Shown here: positions 57,180 to 64,000 of the stretch, piece by piece
How the letters are laid out: every line of letters begins with the position of its first letter
How positions within the stretch are numbered: the stretch's first letter is position 1
Position numbers and translations under genes: made by a program
Notes under the pieces: generated by a model
What the model was told of the DNA's origin: nothing
Database searches by the model: none
What the model saw: the letters and a program-made list of their open reading frames with translations, nothing else
Source: Novosphingobium sp.
GTDB lineage: Bacteria; Pseudomonadota; Alphaproteobacteria; Sphingomonadales; Sphingomonadaceae
Assembly: GCA_051955585.1 (NCBI GenBank)
Contig: JBQCGM010000110.1
Span: forward strand, 17,495-81,494
Reading direction: 5' to 3'
Length of the DNA stretch: 64,000 bases

Positions 57180-58292
57180 ATGGCCCACGGCCTTATCCCT
57201 GAGCCTGTCGCGCGCCAGCCTTGGCGGGTCATCGTGCCGCTGGTGCTGCTCGTCCTGTTCGGCGCCACCGTGCTCTATTCGGCTGCGGGAGGCCGGCTCC
57301 AGCCTTGGGCCGCCACGCATTTCCTCCGCTTCCTGATCTTCCTGATCATGGCCGTGGTGATCTCCCGCGTCCGCCGCGACTTGTTCAAGCAGCTCGCCTA
57401 CCCGATCTACGTCGTGGTGCTGGTGCTGCTGGTACTGGTCGAACTCATCGGCGGCATTGGCGGGGGCAGTCAGCGCTGGCTTAACCTGGGCTTCATGACG
57501 CTCCAGCCTTCGGAGCTGATGAAGCCCGCGATCGTCCTCGTCCTTGCCCGTTTCTACGACAGCCTGCCGCCGACGATGACCGGTTCCTGGCGGGCACTGG
57601 TCCCGGCCGGAACCTTGCTCGCCTTGCCCGCGGGCCTCGTCATGCTTCAGCCCGATCTCGGCACGGCCTTGGCGATCACCTTCGGCGCGATCGTGGTGAT
57701 CTTCCTCGCGGGCGTTCCGCTCCGGTGGTTCATCGGCGGGGGACTGGCAGCGGCGATCATCGCCCCGGTCGCCTTCTTCACCCTGCTCCACGACTATCAG
57801 CGCAACCGCGTGCTGGTCTTCCTCGATCCCGAGAACGACCCGCTCGGCACCGGCTATCATATCACCCAGTCCAAGATCGCGATCGGGTCTGGCGGGTTCT
57901 TCGGCAAGGGGTTCGGGATGGGCACGCAGAGCCATCTCGACTATCTGCCCGAGAGCCATACCGATTTCGTTTTCGCCACTATGGCAGAGGAATGGGGCAT
58001 GCTGGGCGGATTGTTCGTGCTGCTGGTCTTCGGCTGGATCCTGCGCTGGGGGCTTCAGGTCGCCCGCCGCTCGCCGGACCGCTTCGGCCAGCTGCTGGCC
58101 GGCGGCATGACGCTCACGATCTTCTTCTACGTCGCGATCAACCTGATGATGGTCATGGGCCTTGCTCCGGTGGTCGGCATCCCGTTGCCGTTCATGAGCC
58201 ACGGCGGTTCCTCGATGATGACCAATATGATCTGCATCGGCACGATCATGGCCGTCGACAGGTGGCGCGCGCGCTCGAGTGGATTTTCCTGA
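57180..58292 (+). CDS. rodA: peptidoglycan glycosyltransferase RodA (SEDS family)
   Basis: 370 aa, 10-TM FtsW/RodA/SpoVE pattern (...QPSELMKPA..., ...LPESHTDFVFA..., ...PLPFMSHGGSS...). Confidence 0.9.
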   Translation: MAHGLIPEPVARQPWRVIVPLVLLVLFGATVLYSAAGGRLQPWAATHFLRFLIFLIMAVVISRVRRDLFKQLAYPIYVVVLVLLVLVELIGGIGGGSQRWLNLGFMTLQPSELMKPAIVLVLARFYDSLPPTMTGSWRALVPAGTLLALPAGLVMLQPDLGTALAITFGAIVVIFLAGVPLRWFIGGGLAAAIIAPVAFFTLLHDYQRNRVLVFLDPENDPLGTGYHITQSKIAIGSGGFFGKGFGMGTQSHLDYLPESHTDFVFATMAEEWGMLGGLFVLLVFGWILRWGLQVARRSPDRFGQLLAGGMTLTIFFYVAINLMMVMGLAPVVGIPLPFMSHGGSSMMTNMICIGTIMAVDRWRARSSGFS

Positions 58293-58386
58293 AATTACCC
58301 CCTTTTCATGCGCGAAACAGCCGCTATAGGGACCGCTCCCACGGCGAAGCCCTGGGACGCCGGCCGCGACACCAATGGCCCGGAAT

Positions 58387-58462
<76 letters not shown>

Positions 58463-58525
58463 TTCTCTGCAGATCGGTCTTGACCATAATTTCCGTTGCG
58501 CAAGGCGTCGCGCCTGTAGCTCGGC

Positions 58526-58537
58526 TTGCACGTGCAA
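58526..58537. promoter_or_regulatory. perfect 12-bp palindrome TTGCACGTGCAA (candidate operator)
   Basis: Seen directly in the sequence. It lies ~107 nt upstream of the yezD-like start in a lower-G+C spacer, followed by cacTTGATATATATcc. Confidence 0.4.
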
Positions 58538-58643
58538 CAGGCAATCTTCCTATGTCTACCAAATCACTTGATATATATCCCTCCTCGTGAAACAGCGATG
58601 CGCCGGCTCGCAGTTCGGGTCGCCGAGGATCGGAGCAACCAGG

Positions 58644-58808
58644 ATGTCTGAAACAAGCCGCACCAACGGCGTCACCATCGAGGAAGGGATCGCCACGATC
58701 CGTGATGCCCTATCGTCCGTCAACTATGGCAACCTTGTCCTGACCGTCCACGAAGGCCGCGTGGTTCAGATCGACGTCACCCAGCGCAAGCGCTTCAAGT
58801 TGAGCTAG
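58644..58808 (+). CDS. YezD/DUF2292-like small protein
   Basis: 54 aa. ...IRDALSSVNYGNLVLTVHEGRVVQIDVTQRKRFKL resembles the DUF2292 pattern (..YG.v.i.v.dG.vvqie.te). Confidence 0.6.
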   Translation: MSETSRTNGVTIEEGIATIRDALSSVNYGNLVLTVHEGRVVQIDVTQRKRFKLS

Positions 58809-59027
58809 GGCTTTGCGCGCACCCGAAGTTTCGCACTGAAAGCTCGTAGTTGACCGAAGGTGGCCGGCGCCGTGAATCGACGTCGATCGGCCCCTAAGCA
58901 TCGAGCGCCGCGATTCGCTGTTCCGCCGAGGCACGAGACCGGACGATCGACCGCGCTTATTTTTGCATGACGTACGATTATCGGTTTACATCTCGACCGT
59001 GGCGGGCGGGATTTGTACTAGCCTGGA

Positions 59028-59849
59028 ATGACCGAGCCTCAACCTTCGCCCGCCAAACGCGCCGCCGGATCTTCGCCACAATCGGTCACTCGCGTGATCC
59101 GCATTCTCGAGACGCTCAGCGTTCGCCCCGGCCCCGCCAGCCTAGCCGACCTGTCCCGCGAGCTCGCCGCGCCCAAGAGCAGCCTCACGGCGCTGCTCCG
59201 CGGTCTCAGCGAAGAGGCATTCGTCGTCGCGGTCGACGGAGGCTGGCGGCTCGGCCCGGGGGCCTTCGGGCTCGGCAGCGCGCTGCTGGAAGCGCGGCGG
59301 CGGATGCAATCGTCCGACTTGATTCGCGACGGCATGCGGCGGCTTGCGGCCCGCAGCGGCGAAACCGTGCTGCTGGGCGTGCGCGATCCCGGCGGGGAGA
59401 CCCTGACTTACGTCGATACCGTCGAGAGCCCCAACCCGGTTCGCTTTACGGTAGCGATAGGAGACCGCCGCCCGCTCTACGCCACGGCGGGCGGGCGGGC
59501 GCTGCTGACGGTACTGAGCGACGACGTACTGGGGACGCATCTTGCCACGCTCACGCCGCAGCGTTTCACCCCCTCGACCGAAACCGACAGGCGGCGTCTA
59601 GCGGAGATCATCGTCGAAGCTCGCCGCGAAGGCGTGGTGCAAACCGTGGACCAGGCCGCCGAAGGCGTGACCGGGACAGCTTCGCTCATCCGCAATTCGA
59701 CTGGCGAGGTGATCGGCGCTCTGATCGTCGCGGCACCGTCCGGACGGACGCTCGAGCACCGCGCCGAACTCATGCGGAACGTAAAGGCCGAAGCCGAGCT
59801 GATATCGCGCAGCCTGGGCTATCGCCCGCGGGTGGCCGCCGACGCCTGA
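59028..59849 (+). CDS. IclR family transcriptional regulator
   Basis: 273 aa. N-terminal wHTH (...SVTRVIRILETLSVRPGPASLADLSRELAAPKSSLTALLRGL...) and a C-terminal IclR effector domain. Confidence 0.8.
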   Translation: MTEPQPSPAKRAAGSSPQSVTRVIRILETLSVRPGPASLADLSRELAAPKSSLTALLRGLSEEAFVVAVDGGWRLGPGAFGLGSALLEARRRMQSSDLIRDGMRRLAARSGETVLLGVRDPGGETLTYVDTVESPNPVRFTVAIGDRRPLYATAGGRALLTVLSDDVLGTHLATLTPQRFTPSTETDRRRLAEIIVEARREGVVQTVDQAAEGVTGTASLIRNSTGEVIGALIVAAPSGRTLEHRAELMRNVKAEAELISRSLGYRPRVAADA

Positions 59850-59880
59850 ACGACGCCGGCACCCCGTCGGATCAGGCGTC
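59841..59880. terminator. hairpin spanning both stop codons of a convergent gene pair
   Basis: GACGCCTGA (59841-59849) pairs with TCAGGCGTC (59872-59880). Inner CGACG/CGTCG (59851-59855 / 59865-59869). No U-tract. Confidence 0.45.
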
Positions 59881-61710
59881 CTGCTTGAGGCCAGGCAGTT
59901 CGCTGCCCGCGGCGCGGAATTCGGCGCGGACGCGCTGCCAGTCGTCCCAGCCTGTGCCCCAACCGCGGAAGAGGAACCACTTGGGCTCCTTGGCGCCTTC
60001 GTCCGAGAAGTAGCTCGGAGTGCACTCGTTGATGACGACCGACAGGTCGATCGCCCTGTCCCAGAACTGCTTGAGGTAGTCGGCCTGAGCCTCGGCAGTC
60101 GGCTCGACGGCCTTGGTGCCGGCCTTCAGCGCGGTGCTGATGATGTGCGCGGCCTGGAAGCCCTGCTCGCCGAACTGCTCGGTGGTCGTGCCGTTGAGGC
60201 CGCCCTGGATGTAGCCGGTGAAGAACATGTTCGGGAAGTTGTGCGCCATCAGGCCGTACCAGGTCTGCGGCCCATTCTTCCAAAAGTCGTAGATCGAGGT
60301 ATCGTTACGGCCGACCACGTCGTCGAAGCCCCAGCGGCGCTTGAGGTTGCCGGTAACTTCGAAGCCCGAGGCGAAGATCATGCAGTCGATCTCGTACTCG
60401 GTGCCATCGGCGATGAAGCCCTTCTCGGTCATCGCCTCGAGGCCTTGGGTTGCCGAGACGTCGATCAGCTTCACGTTCGGACGGTTGAAAGTCTCGTAAT
60501 AGTCGTTGTTCGACAGCGGCCGCTTGCACATGAAGCGGTAGTAGGGCTTCAGCGCTTCGGCCGTGGCCGGATCCTTGACGATCTCGTCGCAGCGGCGGCG
60601 CAGGCGCTCCATGACACGGAAGTCCATGACCTCGCGGCGGGCGAAGAACTCTTCCATGGTGATCTGGGGCCAGCCCTCGGCCTCGAGCTCGGCGTTCAGG
60701 TTGCGGTTGATCTCGGTCCAGATGTCCTGGATCAGGTCCTCGTCGCCCGGGGGGATGATCTCGTTGGCGGCGCGCAGGAAGTTCTGGATGCGGGCCTTCT
60801 GCCAGCCGGGCTTGAGCGTCTTCACCCATTCCGGATCGGTCTTGGGATTGGGGCGCTCGTCGACGCTCGAGGGCGTGCGCTGCAGCACGTAGAGCTGCTT
60901 GGCGTACTTGCCCAGGTACGGCACCGCCTGGATCGCCGTGGCACCGGTGCCGACGATCGCGACCCGCTTGTCCTTGAGCTGATCGAGGACCGGGTTCTCC
61001 CACGAACCGCCGGTATAATCGTAATCCCACCGCGAGGTGTGGAACTTGTGGCCCTTGAAGTCGTGGAGGCCTGGCACGTCGGGAAACTTCGGCGTCGAAA
61101 GCGTACCGCCGGCCATGACCACGAAGCGCGCGCGGATGTCGTCGCCGCGGTTGGTCTCGATCTTCCATCGCTTGCTGGGTTCATCCCAGCGGATCGACTT
61201 CACCAGGGTATGGAACAGCGCCTGCTTGCGGAAGTCGTACTTGTCGGCGATCGACTGGATGTAATCGTAGATCTCCTTGCCGTCCGAGAACTTCTGCGTC
61301 GGCATGAAGCCGGTCTCTTCGAGCAGGGGCAGGTAGCAATAGGCATCGTTGTCGCACTGGATGCCCGGGTAGCGGTTCCAGTACCAGGTGCCGCCGAAGT
61401 TGCCGGCATGGTCGATGTTGCGGAAGTTGGTCACGCCGGCCTGGGTCAGGTGATAGGCCGAGAGGATGCCCGTCCATCCGCCGCCGAGGATCACGACGTC
61501 GAGGTCCTCGCTGATGCCGTCGCGCGGAACGACCGGAGTGAACGGATCGTGTTCGTAGGTGTCGTGGGTCAGCGTGTCGGTCGAGGGGGCGTACTGTTCG
61601 CCGCCTTCGGGACGCAGGCGCTTTTCACGCTCCAGCTTGTACTTTTCCTTGAGCGCCGGGATGTCGATTTCGTCGGGAGAAGGTACGGCACTCAGCTTGC
61701 AGACGGTCAT
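59872..61710 (-). CDS. type I Baeyer-Villiger monooxygenase, HAPMO-like with N-terminal extension
   Basis: GGGWTG (FAD), BVMO fingerprint FKGHKFHTSRWD (FxGxxxHxxxWD), GTGATA (NADPH), and a ~85-aa extension before the first Rossmann motif. ATG 61710 preferred. TTG 61728 is an alternative. Confidence 0.85.
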   Translation of the reverse strand: MTVCKLSAVPSPDEIDIPALKEKYKLEREKRLRPEGGEQYAPSTDTLTHDTYEHDPFTPVVPRDGISEDLDVVILGGGWTGILSAYHLTQAGVTNFRNIDHAGNFGGTWYWNRYPGIQCDNDAYCYLPLLEETGFMPTQKFSDGKEIYDYIQSIADKYDFRKQALFHTLVKSIRWDEPSKRWKIETNRGDDIRARFVVMAGGTLSTPKFPDVPGLHDFKGHKFHTSRWDYDYTGGSWENPVLDQLKDKRVAIVGTGATAIQAVPYLGKYAKQLYVLQRTPSSVDERPNPKTDPEWVKTLKPGWQKARIQNFLRAANEIIPPGDEDLIQDIWTEINRNLNAELEAEGWPQITMEEFFARREVMDFRVMERLRRRCDEIVKDPATAEALKPYYRFMCKRPLSNNDYYETFNRPNVKLIDVSATQGLEAMTEKGFIADGTEYEIDCMIFASGFEVTGNLKRRWGFDDVVGRNDTSIYDFWKNGPQTWYGLMAHNFPNMFFTGYIQGGLNGTTTEQFGEQGFQAAHIISTALKAGTKAVEPTAEAQADYLKQFWDRAIDLSVVINECTPSYFSDEGAKEPKWFLFRGWGTGWDDWQRVRAEFRAAGSELPGLKQDA

Positions 61711-61824
61711 GACATCATCCCAGTTCAAAAGGCGATTCGGCTTTGCACCGCCCTAGCGAAGAATGCGGGCGAGGCAAAAGCCGGCTAACCGAACGGTCAG
61801 CATCATCGCCGGGACGGCGGAAGC

Positions 61825-63177
61825 TCAGTCCCGCCTCAGCGGCGCGCCTGTGCCCATGAAGCGGGCGAGGTTCATATGCAGGCTGGCAACTGAACGTTCC
61901 ATGTAGGGATTGGGCTGAGCGCCCCGGAAGCCCACGTTCTTCATGCCCTGCTGGACCGCCGCCATGTTGGCGAAGTCCTGCTGGAGCACCGGCGGCCAGT
62001 CGTTGGGCTCGGTGTATTCCCAATCGGTTTCGGGCGCCTCACCGGCCGGATAAAGCTCGTATACCGCCGCTTCGAACACGCAGCTGTCGGGATCGCCCAA
62101 CTGGTACGGCCGGGCCGAATAGCAGAGCATGTTGTTGACCGCGTGGCCGATCTGGAAGTTGGGGAAGATCTGCCAGGCGGTACCGGCCTGGGCGGTGTGC
62201 GCCGGCTCGACGATCGGCCAAACGACGCCGCGGGCCTCATCCTCGGTCCGGGCGGTCTTGAGCCAGTAGGCTGAGACGTCGGCGGCGGGAGTACCCTCGG
62301 GCAGTTCGTCCTTCAGCCGGTTGGCAACGTCGACCAAGGTCCGGGTGGTGTTGGTATTGGCATTCGTCCAGGTGAAGTTCTGCATCTCGGCGGTCGATAG
62401 CCGCGCGTCGCCGGTGCCGAGACGCAGCTTGCCGCTGTCTTCCTCCTGGCCTTTGGGCGCCTCGTAGCCGATGTTGCTATGCAGGCCCTGGTTGCGTCCC
62501 CAGCCGCGAAACTGGCCGAACTCCATGAACTCCGGATGGGTGGTGTTGACGTGATAGGTCTCGGCAAAGGCCTCCATCGCCACCTTCCAGTTGCATTCGA
62601 ACACCACCCACTTGCGCCAGCGCGGGCGCATGTTCTGCAGCTGGTACGGGGCGAGCATGGGGATCGCCGCGGCAAGATAGTCTTCCAGCGAACCGCCGGC
62701 AGGATCGAGGTTGATCCACAGCCAGCCGCCCCAGGTGTCGACCCTCACCCGCCCCAGATCGGCCCGCCCGCCGCAAAGCGAGCCCTGCCAGTCGTCCTGA
62801 TGCTCGACATAGGTATTCGCCCCGTCGAGGCCGAAGGTCCAGCCGTGATAGCCGCAGATGAAATTCCGGCGGCTCCCCCTGGCATTGCGCTGTCCGGGCG
62901 GTACGTCGACTAGGCGCCGCCCCCGATGGGGACAAACGTTGTGATAGGCGGCGATCTCGTCCGCTCCGGTGCGGACGATGACGACGGAATCGGTGAGGAT
63001 ATCGAAGGTGACGAAGTCCCCGACCTCGGGAATATCCTCGATCCGCCCCGCCTGCAGCCAGACCTTGCGCCACAGGCGGTCCTGCTCGGCACGAGCGTAG
63101 TCGGGCGAAACGTAGGCTTCGGCGCCGATCACGAGCGGCTGCTCGAGCCCTTCGGCGGTGTCGCAGATCTTGGTCAT
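61825..63177 (-). CDS. Rieske non-heme iron oxygenase, alpha subunit only
   Basis: Rieske CPHRGRRL...CGYHGW. Mononuclear iron motif ETYHVNTTHPE. ATG 63177 has the SD AAGGTGAGGA upstream. Confidence 0.85.
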   Translation of the reverse strand: MTKICDTAEGLEQPLVIGAEAYVSPDYARAEQDRLWRKVWLQAGRIEDIPEVGDFVTFDILTDSVVIVRTGADEIAAYHNVCPHRGRRLVDVPPGQRNARGSRRNFICGYHGWTFGLDGANTYVEHQDDWQGSLCGGRADLGRVRVDTWGGWLWINLDPAGGSLEDYLAAAIPMLAPYQLQNMRPRWRKWVVFECNWKVAMEAFAETYHVNTTHPEFMEFGQFRGWGRNQGLHSNIGYEAPKGQEEDSGKLRLGTGDARLSTAEMQNFTWTNANTNTTRTLVDVANRLKDELPEGTPAADVSAYWLKTARTEDEARGVVWPIVEPAHTAQAGTAWQIFPNFQIGHAVNNMLCYSARPYQLGDPDSCVFEAAVYELYPAGEAPETDWEYTEPNDWPPVLQQDFANMAAVQQGMKNVGFRGAQPNPYMERSVASLHMNLARFMGTGAPLRRD

Positions 63178-63184
63178 GCCGTCC

Positions 63185-63952
63185 TCACCTTCCCTGCCAC
63201 ATCGGCTTGCGCTTCTGCGAGAAGGCCCGCGGGCCTTCCTGGGCATCCTCGCTGTCATAGACCTCGGCATGAGCCGCACGAGCCGCTTCGAGCGCCGCGG
63301 TCCGGCCCATCTCGGTGGCCAGCAGTACCGTTTCCCGCGCGGCCTTCACCGAAAGCGGCGCACCTTCGAGAATCTCGCGGGCCAGGGCCAGCGCCGTCTC
63401 CATCAGCTCGTCAGGCTCGGCCAAGCGGTTGACCAGCCCGATCTCGTAGGCGCGGCTGGCGGTGATCGGCTTGCCGGTGAGCACCAGTTCCATGAAGATC
63501 CGCTGCGGGATCATATGGATCAGCGGCGCGGCCCACGGCGAGCCGCGGCCGACCTTGACCTCGGTAATGCCGAAGCGCGCGGTCGTGCTGGCGACGCAGA
63601 GGTCGCAGGTCTGGGCGATCAGCCAGCCCCCGCCGAATGCCGTGCCGTTGACCGCGGCGATCGTCGGCTTGGAGACATGGAGGTTGTCGCCGAGCGCCGG
63701 GATGAAACCAGGCGGCGGCGCGCGCATGCCGGTTTCGACCATCTCCTTGAGATCGCCTCCGGCGCAGAAGGCCTTCTCCCCCGCTCCGGTCAGGATCGCG
63801 ACGCGCAGCCTGGGATCGGCCTCGAAGCGGAGCCACGCCGCGGTAAGGGCCTGGCGCACCTCGCGGTTGAGCGCGTTGTGCTGCTCGGGCCGGTTGAGCG
63901 TGATCACCGCAATGCCCTCGGGCCGGGCATCGAAGCGGACGGGATCGGACAT
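63185..63952 (-). CDS. enoyl-CoA hydratase/isomerase (crotonase) family protein
   Basis: 255 aa. ...ITLNRPEQHNALN...GAGEKAFCAGGDLKEM...AAVNGTAFGGG.... Confidence 0.88.
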   Translation of the reverse strand: MSDPVRFDARPEGIAVITLNRPEQHNALNREVRQALTAAWLRFEADPRLRVAILTGAGEKAFCAGGDLKEMVETGMRAPPPGFIPALGDNLHVSKPTIAAVNGTAFGGGWLIAQTCDLCVASTTARFGITEVKVGRGSPWAAPLIHMIPQRIFMELVLTGKPITASRAYEIGLVNRLAEPDELMETALALAREILEGAPLSVKAARETVLLATEMGRTAALEAARAAHAEVYDSEDAQEGPRAFSQKRKPMWQGR

Positions 63953-64000
63953 CAGAAACCCCTCTGGGCAATGGCGAAGGCGGCGCGGTCCAGCACCTCG
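63952..64000 (-). CDS. 3' end of an unidentified upstream gene (partial, runs off window)
   Basis: Open frame ending ...EVLDRAAFAIAQRGF* with TGA overlapping the crotonase ATG by 1 nt (TGATG). Too short to assign. Confidence 0.3.
   Translation of the reverse strand, partial: EVLDRAAFAIAQRGF

Overview
High-G+C, densely packed chromosomal segment. Gene content and synteny suggest an alphaproteobacterium, probably Sphingomonadales-like; this taxonomic call is inference. About 60 protein genes and one tRNA are supportable. Most are housekeeping: hemW-xerC, gshB-yraN-rsmI with a divergent lpoA-like gene, parE, tyrS, cysK, hisI, ppdK, glyQS, rplY-pth, ychF, mutL, mreBCD-mrdA-rodA and tRNA-Lys(CTT). 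Many adjacent genes overlap by 1-8 nt (ATGA or TGATG junctions), and several convergent pairs abut or overlap. I saw no rRNA, CRISPR array, integrase, transposase, prophage or recognisable defence island. I therefore do not claim a clear novel system. The points most worth a second look are listed here. (1) A 296-nt gap between hisI and comF holds consecutive hairpins and a + strand intrinsic terminator, although both flanking genes are on the - strand; this is a candidate sRNA or attenuator. (2) An ~86-nt palindromic repeat family occurs twice, and a separate compound G-rich inverted repeat buries the pth Shine-Dalgarno sequence. (3) A DUF2167 gene is tightly coupled to a minimal site-2-protease gene. 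(4) A MoxR ATPase heads an overlapping four-gene operon, while its usual VWA partner lies 5.4 kb downstream beyond a large GH106-like hydrolase gene. (5) An orphan soluble chemoreceptor with inverted domain order is preceded by tandem TTGCA-N-TGCAA palindromes, and a related palindrome lies beside tRNA-Lys. (6) Downstream of tRNA-Lys is a lower-G+C junction followed by an IclR / HAPMO-type Baeyer-Villiger monooxygenase / Rieske oxygenase / enoyl-CoA hydratase catabolic cluster. The many long ORFs antisense to real genes are treated as high-G+C artefacts.
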